A stretch of DNA of 64,000 bases from Alloascoidea hylecoeti (taxonomy: Eukaryota). Under the pieces are notes generated by a model. It saw only the letters and a list, made by a program, of their open reading frames with translations, searched no databases and was not told where the DNA came from. Position numbers and translations under genes: made by a program. The stretch's first letter is position 1, and each line of letters opens with the position of its first letter. The stretch is from NCBI GenBank assembly GCA_001600815.1, contig BCKZ01000003.1, positions 979,474 to 1,043,473 on the forward strand. The letters run 5' to 3'. Positions 31,828-44,498 of the stretch are shown here, piece after piece.

Positions 31828-34143
31828 TTATAAATTGTTTATGTTAACATTAGAAATTATTGATTGTATTCGTTCCTCTTCGTCAGCAGCGACCAAAGCA
31901 TCTTCAATACTGGCGTAAAACCCATCACCTAATCCATTTAGTATATGCGATTTTATTGATTTAAGTGATGATATCCTTGATAAATTATTGATATTTTGTG
32001 GATGTTCATTTGAATTTAATGATGAACTTGGAAGATTTTTTCTTTGTGATTGAATGAGATCAACAATCCCTGATTTTATAAACACATCACGAATATGTTG
32101 TGAAGTAGGTACTCTTGTAAAATATACCTGAATATCTCTTTCTCTATATGATTTAATTACTTCATATAAGATTTGAACAGATGAAGTATCAATACTTGCC
32201 ATTCCTTTTAAATCGATTATTAAATATTTTATCATCCTTGCATTTTCACGAGCTGGCTGTGATGGATGAACTAACATTGATCCATATTTTTCCAATCGAT
32301 TTAATCTTGATCTTAAATCTCCTGTATTAACAAAAGTTAAAGGTTCTGGAATTTTAACAATTAAACATCCTTCAATTTCCTCGATTTCTGGATCATGAAA
32401 TATACTCAAACTATCTTCCTGATGATTATCATGTATTGCGATATTGGGGAGATCAATTGTTGAATTTCCTTGGAAATTATTAAAAGAATTTACTGTAAAT
32501 GCTTCTTCAATTAATTCATCAGCATTTCGAAAAATATTTGTATTCGGTATCCTTCTTAAGATTTGAATTCTTGACCTACTTGAATGTTTAAGAACTCTCA
32601 CAAAAGCTAAAGTAATACCTGAAGCTAGACCAGCTTCAGCAGACCAAACAATTGTTAATACAAAAGTGGTAAATAAAGTTAATAATTCATCATAACCAGA
32701 TATTTTCCAATAAAATCTAATATCAGCGGGCACTTCTTCAATCAAGGCAACACCGATGACACTGACAATAGTTGCCAATATACAGATTGGTAAGTAATAG
32801 AAATAACTTAATAGCCATTTAACGCTGATCATTGTAATTATTGCCATTATTACAGCAGATAAAGGGGTTTTAGCTTGAGATAAAGCATTAATTCTACTTC
32901 TTCCATAACCGCCAAAACTTGGTAAAGCACCAAATAAACTTGCAGTTACATTGACCATTCCTAAAGCAACCAATTCTCTATTCGGTGATATTGTATAATT
33001 ATAGACACTTGATAAAGATTTTGAAGTTGTTGAACTTTCAAAAAATCCAAGTAAACATAATATAAAAGAAGTTGAAAAATATTTTCGAATTAATTTAAAA
33101 TTTACCATTGTTATTGGTTTTTGAATATGAAAACCTGTAAAATTTATATCGCCAACAATTTCAATATTTTCATTTTCATTTAATTTTAATAAATTTGATA
33201 AAATTGTTGTAACTAAAACTGCTATTAAAATCTCAGGTATAAATAATATCCATTTAAATTTTAAATTTCTTTTTGGTAAAAATTTCTTTAAAATTTTAAA
33301 AAAAATTAAAAAAATAAATGTAAATAATGATAAAATTGATGAAATTTTATTAATTTGATCAATATTATTATAAATAAATTTAATTTTACCAATTGTTGAT
33401 GTTGTATTTTCATTATTTATTGGAATTTGATCTAAACCTAATTCAGTTGTTAATTCATCAATTATCATAACAACTCCAAAAGCTGATATAAAACCACGTA
33501 ATAGCGCTCTTGATAATAAATTATCAATAAAACCGAATCTAAATAATCCACCAATCAATAAAATTGATCCTAATGTCACTGTAATTATTGCTGTAACCTC
33601 ATTGGCAGAAAATTCGGGGTTTAAAGTATGATTTATCTTATCAGTTGTTTGACCGATTATAACACATAATGCTGCTTCGGGACCAACGACCATTTGTGGA
33701 ACTGTTCCAAATAATGCATATATAAATGGTGGGATCATTAAACCATATAGACCAGTTATTGGTGAAAGTTTTGCTAATGAAGAAGCATAGGACATTTGTA
33801 ATGGGATTTGAAAAGATGCTAATGATACACCAGCACAAATGTCTCCAAATAATTTACTCCAGCTGTATTGTGGAAGCCATGATAAAATGGGTAAATAATA
33901 GGAGATATATGAAGATTTTGTATGAGTGAGATTATTTTCAATGGTATTGGGATGATTATCTTGATCAACGTTAAATTTATTACCAGTGTTGTATAACAAA
34001 GTTCTTGTGTCGAAACTGCCAGATCTGCTGAAGTTCGGTCGTTCCAAACCTCGATCTCTAGTATTATAAGTACGCTGATCCAAAGATCTGGGAAGAAGCC
34101 TTGAAGTTTCACCTTGGCCTGAAAGAAGGTTTAGATTAGACAT
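31828..34143 (-). CDS. SulP/SLC26 anion transporter with STAS domain (YPR003C-like)
   Basis: GDICAGVSLASFQIP, VVGPEA, SPNRELVALG, GGYGRS, EPLTFVNTGDL, IDLKGMASID. Confidence 0.9.
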   Translation of the reverse strand: MSNLNLLSGQGETSRLLPRSLDQRTYNTRDRGLERPNFSRSGSFDTRTLLYNTGNKFNVDQDNHPNTIENNLTHTKSSYISYYLPILSWLPQYSWSKLFGDICAGVSLASFQIPLQMSYASSLAKLSPITGLYGLMIPPFIYALFGTVPQMVVGPEAALCVIIGQTTDKINHTLNPEFSANEVTAIITVTLGSILLIGGLFRFGFIDNLLSRALLRGFISAFGVVMIIDELTTELGLDQIPINNENTTSTIGKIKFIYNNIDQINKISSILSLFTFIFLIFFKILKKFLPKRNLKFKWILFIPEILIAVLVTTILSNLLKLNENENIEIVGDINFTGFHIQKPITMVNFKLIRKYFSTSFILCLLGFFESSTTSKSLSSVYNYTISPNRELVALGMVNVTASLFGALPSFGGYGRSRINALSQAKTPLSAVIMAIITMISVKWLLSYFYYLPICILATIVSVIGVALIEEVPADIRFYWKISGYDELLTLFTTFVLTIVWSAEAGLASGITLAFVRVLKHSSRSRIQILRRIPNTNIFRNADELIEEAFTVNSFNNFQGNSTIDLPNIAIHDNHQEDSLSIFHDPEIEEIEGCLIVKIPEPLTFVNTGDLRSRLNRLEKYGSMLVHPSQPARENARMIKYLIIDLKGMASIDTSSVQILYEVIKSYRERDIQVYFTRVPTSQHIRDVFIKSGIVDLIQSQRKNLPSSSLNSNEHPQNINNLSRISSLKSIKSHILNGLGDGFYASIEDALVAADEEERIQSIISNVNINNL

Positions 34144-34353
34144 CAATAATGCTTTGATGAACAGGATAAGGAGAGAAAATTATCACGATCGCGGCTTGGT
34201 TAACCATATATCCAAGTAAAGTTTATAATTTAATATTTGACACTATTACGTAGCTTTAACACTCTCGAATGCACACTTTTATTTAAACGTTTATATAAGA
34301 TATTAGATATAATAGATGAATTATTTTAAGTAAAAAATGCAATTATTAACCAA

Positions 34354-36795
34354 TCATTTATTATCATCATCATTATCATTATCAGATATTTTAGAATTAA
34401 GATCAAATTTTGAGTTATTAAAACCAAATAATTGAATAACTAACCGAAGCAATACATCACTATTTTGTTGGACGTTTTCTAAATCTTTAAATGATTTATA
34501 ACTTTCCATTTCTGATAAATCATCGTTATTTTTTATATTAATATCTTCTTTTACAAGACCTAATTGTGTTAAGATATTTATAATTTGAAATGATAAGAGT
34601 TCTGTATTTTTCAAAAATGCAAAAATAATTTGTTTAATGATTGGATCAATGTCAGTTAAAATTTGTGATTCAAAATTTGTTAATGAAGTACCTGATTCAG
34701 AAGATGAAGAGGAAGATAGAGGAGTATTAGTAAATAATCTTGCAATATCAAGTACTTGTTTTAAGAAATCGATTAATCTTAAAATATCATCATTTGATTC
34801 GAGTAAATCATGAAAAATATGAAGGACAATGTTATCTTCAATTTTTATAATTTCTTTCTTATTTTCAGTTTCATAATAATGAAATTTTGTAATTTTATTT
34901 TCTTTATTATTGATTAATAAAGATAAAGCAACCATTTGATCAATTAAAGTCGAAATAATTAATTTAATTGCTAATTTAAAATTAGGACCTTGTGGACCAT
35001 TAAAATCTTGATCTTTAATTGAATTAAAAGACTTAAAAGTATCTAATCTTAATAAAGCAAATAAGAAAAAATCTTTTAATATAATGTTTTGATTTTGATA
35101 TTGATTTTGAATTTGATTTTGGTATCTATTTTTACTTTCACTTTTGTTAATTATCATTGGTAAATTTAATTCAAATAATAAATGAAATAAATTTTGATTA
35201 CTTAAATTATCTAGATATTTTGAAAATGATTGAAAAATTTGTGATATATATTGTGCTGGTATATCTTTTTTATCATTTGTTTTTAAATAATTATAAATTA
35301 AATTAAATATAAATAAATCATATTTAATATATTTATCATTATAATAACTATTAATATCATTATCTGTAGATTCATCAACTTCTTGTGAATTATTAAATTT
35401 TAAATTTATATTTGATGATAATATAGATTTACAAATTTTAAAAATCTGTCTTGGATGTTTATCAATATAATTTAATAAAATGATCTTTAAATGATCTTTA
35501 TATCCATATTCAGTTTCATTATATTCATCATTATTATTAAAACTATAATTATCATTATCATTAATAATTATAGGATCATCATTTGATAGAATTGTATTTA
35601 TAAAATTATCACTTTTTTGAAATAAAGTTGCTAATAACATCAATTCAGGTGATCCATCACCATGAAACCCTTCTTTCATATGATAGAGAAGATTATAAAT
35701 AATATTTGGAGTCTTTTTAAGAACTAAAGCATAAGGAATTGTTTTAAAAGCATATGAATTATTTATGATACATGAAGCAGTATAACCAAGATATTTATGC
35801 CATGTACCAGTTAAATATTTTGTATTTAAAAAATTTAAAACATCTGTTGATAAAATCAATGTATCAAATGATTCATTACAAGATAACGACCCAAGCGACT
35901 CATAAACAACTTTGGCAATTATTAACAGTTCTTCTTGAGCTTCAACTTGTGTTGCTAAATCAAATGCATAATAAGTTAACTCAATTATTTTTTTAATTCT
36001 TTCTGCAGATTTTTCAAAAGTAGGTGAAAATTCGTTTTTATTATCAGTTGTAGGGGTTGGAATAGTACAAACTATATCTTCAAATTTCTTAAAAGTTAAA
36101 AATGATAAAGCACAGTTCAAAGTAGGTAAAGTGACGTCGATTGCAGTATCATCATCATCAGGATTTGTTTGTTGATCCTCAATTAATTGAAATAAAAGGT
36201 CAATTGCATTGTTATCGATTTTATCAGGAGAAATAAGATCGGGTTGTGTTTTAAGACGCATGACAATGTTTTCAAGAGTTGATACTAGATATTTTTTATC
36301 CAAATCAGGGGTATCAAATAAAGATAATAATGTATCAATCAAACCATTTTTCAGCAAAATATCCTGAGAAAGAGCCGAGTCATTAGTAACATTGTACAAA
36401 ACAATCAATAAGTTCTCAATTTCAGTGATGTTTTCCTTTTGAGTGAATACCATTTCATAAAAACCTATGAATCTTTCATAATTTAGTAAAGCACTTCTAT
36501 TTGCCTCAATATCAGCGATTCCATTAACCAAAACCTGAATAGATCGACTTCGAACCGACTCAATAAATTCTGTATCTTCGGACTTATGAGGGTTTTCATA
36601 AATATGATATAAAATATCGACAACATTGGGAATTAATTGTTGAACAAAAACATGATCTCTGTTTAAAACACTTCTAAATGCAAATCCTAAGGTTTCTAAA
36701 CTTTTCTTCACATCCTCAGAAGATTTTATATAGTTCTCAATTGTGACATTTTTGGCAACAGCAGCCAATTTTTCCAATTCTTCTTCCATTTCCAT
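34354..36795 (-). CDS. ARM-repeat-like protein, probably Bem4/SmgGDS-like
   Basis: 813-aa helical ORF; QVLVNGIADIEANR resembles the Bem4-type motif; syntenic hint (PEP4/AIM44/BEM4). Confidence 0.55.
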   Translation of the reverse strand: MEMEEELEKLAAVAKNVTIENYIKSSEDVKKSLETLGFAFRSVLNRDHVFVQQLIPNVVDILYHIYENPHKSEDTEFIESVRSRSIQVLVNGIADIEANRSALLNYERFIGFYEMVFTQKENITEIENLLIVLYNVTNDSALSQDILLKNGLIDTLLSLFDTPDLDKKYLVSTLENIVMRLKTQPDLISPDKIDNNAIDLLFQLIEDQQTNPDDDDTAIDVTLPTLNCALSFLTFKKFEDIVCTIPTPTTDNKNEFSPTFEKSAERIKKIIELTYYAFDLATQVEAQEELLIIAKVVYESLGSLSCNESFDTLILSTDVLNFLNTKYLTGTWHKYLGYTASCIINNSYAFKTIPYALVLKKTPNIIYNLLYHMKEGFHGDGSPELMLLATLFQKSDNFINTILSNDDPIIINDNDNYSFNNNDEYNETEYGYKDHLKIILLNYIDKHPRQIFKICKSILSSNINLKFNNSQEVDESTDNDINSYYNDKYIKYDLFIFNLIYNYLKTNDKKDIPAQYISQIFQSFSKYLDNLSNQNLFHLLFELNLPMIINKSESKNRYQNQIQNQYQNQNIILKDFFLFALLRLDTFKSFNSIKDQDFNGPQGPNFKLAIKLIISTLIDQMVALSLLINNKENKITKFHYYETENKKEIIKIEDNIVLHIFHDLLESNDDILRLIDFLKQVLDIARLFTNTPLSSSSSSESGTSLTNFESQILTDIDPIIKQIIFAFLKNTELLSFQIINILTQLGLVKEDINIKNNDDLSEMESYKSFKDLENVQQNSDVLLRLVIQLFGFNNSKFDLNSKISDNDNDDDNK

Positions 36796-36964
36796 TTAAT
36801 TATCAAAATTGATAAATTTGACACAAAACCTGACAAAATCTTCAAAATCTGGAGGTTAAACACAAACCAAACACCCGTGCACCTCAGGGAGTGCAAATAC
36901 AAAATAATATTAATCCTCCAAATTTTCCGTCCCAAACAATAAACACACCCAAAATCACTTAGAA

Positions 36965-38950
36965 ATGTCCGCAGACCCTAGTACTCATCTAGCCCATCCC
37001 GGCCCCCCATCTGGCCGGCCCCCCCTCACTTCAAACTCAACCTTAACGGAAAACACAGATATCCTCCCGAATCAGCAACCACCATCATTGCTGGTAATTG
37101 ATACGCACGTTGGGACTAATGACATTGGCAACGGCGATGACGATCAAAAGCATAAATACAAAACCAATGAAGAGAAGAAGAAGGATTCCGATACGGACAC
37201 AGATTCCGACATAGATTCCGACTCAGACACGGATTCGGAGCCAATGAAGCCTGAAAATGAAGAAGATCTAAAGGATTATTGTGTAGGTGGGTATCATCCA
37301 GTTCACATTGGTGAGAAGTTCAAGAACGGTCGCTATAAAATTGTACGGAAGCTAGGATGGGGCCATTTCAGTACTGTTTGGTTAGCAAAAGATTTGGAAT
37401 CAAAAGAAAATAATCACGTTGCTATGAAAGTCGTCCGTTCTGCTAAACATTATACTGAAACTGCAATCGATGAAGAAAAACTACTGAAAAAAGTTGTTAG
37501 TGGGAATAATAATCATCCTGGTAAGAAATTTGTTGTTGGGCTTTTGGATAGTTTTTTACACGAAGGACCAAATGGAACACATGTCTGTATGGTTTTTGAA
37601 GTCCTTGGTGAAAATCTATTAGGCTTAATAAGAAAATATGGTCATCAAGGAATCCCTTTAACTCTTGTTAAACAAATCACCAAACAAATACTATTGGCTT
37701 TGGATTATTTACACCGAGAATGCGGTGTAATACACACAGATTTAAAACCTGAAAATGTTCTCATTCAAATTGGAAATGTTGAAGAAATAGTGAGACTTGT
37801 TGAACAACAAGAGCGCGATAAAAAATTAGCAAAAAGAAAAGAACGAATATCTAGAGCTGCAAGTAGTGCCTCAATCAATACTAACCCCAATAGCAGTCAC
37901 AATAACAACAACAATAATACTCCACTACAACCACAATCTCTTGCAATTGCTGAAGATGGATCACAAATTATAAACCCTCGAAAGGGAAGAATGTCAAGAA
38001 GACACACTCTAATTACTGGCTCTCAACCTTTACCTAGTCCTCTAAGAACACACTTCAATTCAAATAGTTATTTCCCTGATTTCACAATGTCTCCTATCAC
38101 CAAAACACAACCTACTAGCAAATCTAAATCCCCAGATAAATATGAAACGCCTGCATTCAGAACAGTTCCACCTGAAACGGATGATAAGTTAGCAGGTTCA
38201 TTATCATCAATTTCAATAACTGAACAAAATGCATCAAATTCATCATCCCAAAACCCATTATTACAACCCGCTATTCAATTTCCAATCGATTCCAATTTCA
38301 CAAAAGGAGCTTCCTCAACAACTGCACTTGATGATAATTTAATCTCTGTTAAGATTGCTGATCTAGGTAATGCATGTTGGGTTGGTCACCATTATACTGA
38401 TGATATACAAACACGTCAATATCGATCTCCTGAAATTATACTTGGCGCTAAATGGGGGGCATCGGTTGATGTTTGGTCTATGGCATCTCTTGTATTTGAA
38501 CTTTTAACTGGTGATTATTTATTTGATCCAAGATCAACTGAAGCTTATACAAAAGATGATGATCATTTAGCTCAAATAATTGAATTATTAGGAAAATTAC
38601 CAAAATCTTTATTAGAAGAAGGTCGTTGGACACATGAATTTTTTACACATTCTTCACAACCACATTCAAATTCACATTCACATTCAAGTTCAAGTTCAAA
38701 TTCAAATTCTTTAAGATTACGTAGAATAACAAAATTAAAACCATGGAATTTAAAATCTGTTTTATATGAAAAATACAAATTTAGTAATGAATTATCTAAT
38801 CAGATTTCAAGTTTTTTATTACCAATGTTGGAATTATTACCTGAAAGAAGAGCTGATGCTGGTGGAATGACAAATCACGATTGGTTAAGTGATGTCGATG
38901 TTAATGGGAGTCTACAAGGTTTGTTTGATAATAACAATAATAATAATAAC

Positions 38951-38984
<34 letters not shown>

Positions 38985-39058
38985 TCGATAGAGTTGTTGG
39001 TAAGTCAGGGAAAGATATACCTGGTTGGTATAATATCGCTAGGGAAGGTTCTAATTGA
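36965..39058 (+). CDS. SKY1: SR protein kinase
   Basis: DYCVGGYHPV, KLGWGHFSTVWLA, HTDLKPEN, long spacer, KIADLGNACW, DIQTRQYRSPE. Confidence 0.96.
38930..38982 (+). repeat. (AAT/AAC)n microsatellite encoding poly-Asn in Sky1
   Basis: Direct reading of the sequence. Confidence 0.85.
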
Positions 39059-39589
39059 TAATAATTAACGGATATAATAATAACAATACAAATATTAATA
39101 TTAATTATTTAAAGTGGTGATAATTATAATTATAAATTTTGATTCTTTTACCAATTGTTATTTTGTTAACATCTTTAACTTCAAGGACTTTAAATATACA
39201 CTCAAGTGTATACGTACTATTAAATAGAGATACAAGGTCAAGTTCAAGTTCAATCTTATTTTTCGATTTTTTTTATTTTTATTTTTGTATCCGTCTTTTT
39301 TTCAATTTTATATTCATCTCTCTTTTTTATCGCGTTTGCTTTTATATTGAATAAACTAACCCTAAATTTTTCTTAATTATATTATTTTTATAATGTACTA
39401 TAGTACTTAATACTTATTACTATACCGATACACTATTATTTTCCGCTTTACTTTTTCAATTAAAGATTTGTACTCTTTTGTTTGTCTTACATACATCTCC
39501 ATATTTATAGATTATTAACTTCTTTTGATCCTTAATTATAAGATTTTCAACTGTGATTGTTTAATTAAATACACGGTATAAAATCAAAC

Positions 39590-40490
39590 AGAATAATAAG
39601 AGATTCAAATAGAAAATGAAAACAATTAAAAATGTATTTGATTAACCCACCCTAGACAGTGAGAACCTACACCTTTAAGTTTTAACTGGTAGCTTATTCA
39701 TTAGTCAATATTTTCAAAGAACAAGATTTTAATAATTTGGCGATTCATTCATCTAAAGCGCAACTAGTGAGGACCCCTCTAGTATTATCTTTTAAAAACA
39801 TTCGGGTTACTGTGTATATATTATCTTATATTTTTTGGGGAGTTTAAAGATCCATATGACATTGTAATGACAGTTATAATTTGTAAATGTGAACCCACTG
39901 AAGTAATAAATAGTGGAAGTTCTAGTACTCCATCAATTGATTTTGGACTATAAATAAACTTTAATGGATATTTGATAAAACTTCCCAGTGCTGGTTTGAT
40001 ATTTTTCTGTTGAACAGAGGTTATTAATGGATTTCTAGTCACTAATCCCGCTAAGCATAATATTGGATCCGGACAACGTGTAGTCACTTTTATCGTTGAC
40101 CTAATTTTATCTGGATAATCGCATTTTTTTCCTACCAACCATTCGACATATTTTAAGTAAGATATCTCTTCTGTCCTAGAGTCAATATGATAAGACATTT
40201 TACGTCTCAATTTCTTGCTATAAATCATTTTAAATATTTTTGGATCAAGATATGGCTGAAAAAGGCAAGGCAGCAGCTTATGAGCCCTGCTTAATAGAGA
40301 ATAATTACAATTAATATTATAATACTTATAAACAGTTTTGGGGGTTTCTGATTCTGATAATAAACCTTCTAATTGCCATTTTGAAAATGATAATAAAAGA
40401 CGTAATAATGAACTTGTCACTTTAATATCAGCTTCCAACTCTTCTGAGAATTCCTCATCATTATAAGAACTAGTTGAATCTAAGCTATTA
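39590..40490 (-). pseudogene. Second, internally deleted copy of the arrestin-like pseudogene segment plus shared flank, fused to an unrelated exon-like piece
   Basis: 39590-39773 matches 19393-19565; 39774-39993 matches 20101-20325; ~40040-40265 is the reverse complement of ~21050-21270. Confidence 0.65.
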
Positions 40491-41255
40491 AATAATAATA
40501 AAAACACAAATTAATCAAATATTTCTGATCCCTTTGTTGGATATAATATGGATCACTTGAGCAGCTCATCATTGGTTAATCGACTCTTTTTTTGTTTTTA
40601 ACCTTCATATAATTTCCAATTAAATTTAATAAAACTCGTGCGGCATGATGCAGCATAATTATCTTTATTCAGTCTTGAAATATAGCCTATATATTCAGTT
40701 AAAAATACTTATAAACCTATTTATATAAACTACTCAAGACACATTAATTGTAATGATTGCAGCTCAGTCTCTTTTATGCATGGTGCCTATATCTGTGCAG
40801 TAAGGGTGCTGCTTTTCCCCAGAACAAACAAGACATAATCATAAGATGAGCTTGATGGTCACTTATTGTATTGTTGGATTCGTACAATTAGATTGTGGGA
40901 AGTTGTTATTTATGGTACTAAAAGAAAAGGAATATTTTTGGGGTAGATTATTTTTAATCATTGACTCATTGGTTCTAAGTATTCTGTTGTTTTTATTCCT
41001 AGATTTGAAAAGAGGGTAATAATTCCTGATGAGTAGGAAGTTTGAATGTGATGAAAATATTTGCAATTAATTAAAGAGCTTTAATAAATTCCTGAGGTCG
41101 ATCTTTAAATTTGGACTTTTGAATACGAAAAAAAAGCATTTTGAAGACTCGCATGCTTCTTCGATTATTGATTTATTAATTGAAGAAAGTCCTATAGCAA
41201 TGATTCATCAAGGCATGAATGGTATTTGTCGGCGTTCTTTTTACATTCAAAATTT

Positions 41256-43859
41256 TTATGCTTTCTGCTGAACTCTATGACCAGTTCCTAATCTTTTTCG
41301 CCTTCGTTTTAATGTGGGTTTACCGTTATCTTCAACAACAGTTTGAGTTGATAATCCAATATGACTTTGAATTGGTGGTGAAGGTAAAATAATTTCATCA
41401 TTTTTAACTTCAATTTTATTTTCTTTTTCTTTTTCTTTAATTGCCGAATTAATCATTGAATCATAAATATTTTCTTTATTTTCAGATTTTAATACGGCAT
41501 TAGCAGTCTTAAATCCATCATTAAGAATCTTTTTCACCTTTCCTCCCTTTTTCTTTCCCTTTCCTTTCTTTTTCGCATTTTCTAATTCATTCGCGTAATC
41601 TTCAGGAATTTGTTTATTGAGTAATGAATATAAATCAGGTATATTCTTTTCCCATGTTTGGTCAGTTAAACATAATTTTTTTATTTCATCAGTTAAAAAA
41701 CGACTTGGTTTTTGCGATTCTCCACCATAATAATTGTAATGAACTTTATATCTACTTAGATGTAATAAAACCTGTGCTCTTGTCATTGATACATAAAGAC
41801 ATCTTCTCTCTTCATCTACATCTTCTTCTTTACTTGAAAAACGAGATGGGATGACACCTTCATTCAAACCAGGTATGAAAACCACTGGCCATTCTAATCC
41901 TTTAGCTGCATGAATTGTGGAAATCGTAACTGAAGGTTTAGAAATATCACCCAAATTATTATTTGTTTTATCATACAGTTGAACGGAAATTAAAAATCTT
42001 TCCAACATTGATGATGGCTTTAAATCATCATCATCTAAATCATCTCCTTCTAAAATTTCAGTTTCAATTGGTTTTGATTCTGAAATTTGTTGTCTTAATT
42101 CACCAACATTTAACTTTCTTTCTTCATCAACATGAATTTCTTTTTCAAATCCAGATTCTTTATAAATATAATCAAAAGCTTTTAAAACATTTTCAATTGA
42201 TTCTAAATTAGAATTAATAATTTCACGAGACTTTTCAATGATTTCAATATATCTTTCAATACCTTTTAAAGCAGCTCCTTTGACATTACTAATCAATTCA
42301 TTAATATGTTTATCATTAATCTTTTCAATTTCAACTTTCTGTTCTTTTTTCTTTAAACCATGATAATATATTGTATATTTCAATAATTCTAATGATGATT
42401 TATAATTTGAACTTAATAATTCATCAATTTTTTCAATTGATTTTTCACCAATTCCTCTTTTAGGGTAATTAATTGTCCTTAATAAAGCATTGATATCACC
42501 ATCTGAATTAATAACTCTTAAATAATCAATCATTGTAGTAATTTCCTTTCTATCCCAAAATCTTCTCCCTTTAACAATTGTATAATGAATAGATTTACTA
42601 ATTAATGATTGTTCAATTAATCTTGATTGATATCCAGCTCTGATTAAAATTGCAATAGAATTTTTTTCTAAAAGATTTGGTATTTCTAATAATTTTGAAA
42701 TTTGTTTTACAATCCATATTGCTTCTTCTTTGGCACCTATTGATTCATGAAATTTTATTGGGAATGAATTATTTAAATTTGAAACAAGGTTTTTATTATC
42801 ACGATGTTTATCTTGTGTCATTAATAATTCAGAAACTTGTAAAATTGAAGTTGTTGATCTATAATTTTGGTCTAATGTTATAACTTTACAAGTATCTTTA
42901 AAATGATCTTTTAATTTATTAAAATTTTTAGATTCTGCATTTCTAAATTTATAAATACTTTGGTCTGGATCACCAACTATTGTTAAATTTTTATTGTTAT
43001 CAGAAAATAAATAAATTAATTGTAATTGTAAATCATTTGTATCTTGAAATTCATCAACTAAGACATGTCTTATATTTGAACAAATATCTTTACCAAATAA
43101 TGTTAATAATTTTAAACAATTTAATTGTAAATCATCAAAATCTAATAAATTATTTTCAATTAATAATTGTTGATAATTTGAATAAATATATGGCAATTCT
43201 GGATTATATTTAGATTTTTCTGAAGGTAATAGTTTAAAATTATCAGATGTAATTCCATTTGATTTTAATTTACTAATTGATGTCAAATAACCTGAAATAA
43301 CACCAGTTAATTGTGAATCTGAATATGCTAAGTAAGGACCAATTGATTTTTTATATTTTTGAATAATATCAGCAGGGAAACTCTTAATAACTTTTTTCAT
43401 CATATCATTACTATCTCTTTCAGCAGCAATTGAAAATCCATTTGCTATACCAATTTTATGACCAAATCTACGTAAATATCTTAAACAAATTCCATGAAAT
43501 GTACCAAGCAATAACCTTGATGACAAATTATTATCATTGATTAACACACGAATCCTTTCTTTCATTTCCAATGCTGCTTTGTTTGTGAATGTAGTAACAA
43601 TTATATCTCGAGGATTAATTCCTTGTGACAACAAATAAGAAATACGCGACGTAAGAACCTTAGTTTTACCTATGAATATTAATGATTATTATTATTAGAA
43701 AAATTAGTCCTTTAAGTTTTCACTTATGAATATTCAAAACATACCAGTTCCCGGGCCTGCTAAAATTTGCAATACTCCATCGGGGGAATAAAAAATACAT
43801 TCTTTTTGCTTTTCATTTAAACCGAGGGCTAAATATGGTACGATTGATGTTGTGGACAT
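41256..43859 (-). CDS. SRS2: UvrD-family 3'-5' DNA helicase Srs2; exons 43859-43745, 43669-41256 (~842 aa)
   Basis: LAGPGTGKTKVLTSR across the intron, TFTNKAA, VDEFQDTN, VGDPDQSIY, QNYRST, TIHAAKGLEWP, EERRCLYVSMTRA. Confidence 0.9.
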
Positions 43860-43957
43860 TTTAGACACACAATCTGAATAAGAAAGTCGTGATGGGGGAA
43901 TTTAGGAGGTTTTGGAGATTTACACCCCTTTTTTAGGTAATAACAATAAAAAAAATT

Positions 43958-43995
43958 CACGAACGCGTCTGATTTGACATCTATATTATCACGTG
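43958..43995. promoter_or_regulatory. MCB element (ACGCGT, 43963) and CACGTG E-box upstream of SRS2
   Basis: cacgaacgcgtc and tcacgtg; MCB is typical of G1/S DNA-metabolism genes. Confidence 0.5.
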
Positions 43996-44498
43996 TTTAA
44001 ACTTTCAACTAATATAATATTTTTATTCCTCAAAAATTGGCCTTAAAATCAGCCTTTTTATTGTCTTAAGATTAAATAAATGAATTATTTCAACGTTTGT
44101 TTACTATATTTCTTAAAACTAATCTACCGGTAGAGAAACTGTGGTAAATTTTGGGAAATCTATGGAGGTCATTTTGTCTGTGTCCAGATTTAGCAGATTT
44201 AGCAGATTTACTATATTTGAATATGCAACTACGTCTGACTACTGTATAAGGTAATAAATTACCTACATTCCATACAAAAGACCCGCGAATTATGATAAAA
44301 ATATTTTGATACCGCAAAACCAAACAAAATCACAGAATAAACTAATATTATAGAAATATATATATGTATATGATAATCTAAATTCAAGCAAATTTAAACA
44401 AACACTGATTGAAAACTTTTAAATTTTTTGCAGTTAACAGCTTAGAAAAAGTAATATCCAGCTATATTTTTTTTAAAATATATTAATATAAACAAAAA

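Noticed and set aside
40500..41250. Coding-like text between the duplicate and SRS2
   Set aside because: Multiple stops and no recognisable motif; cannot be assigned without a search
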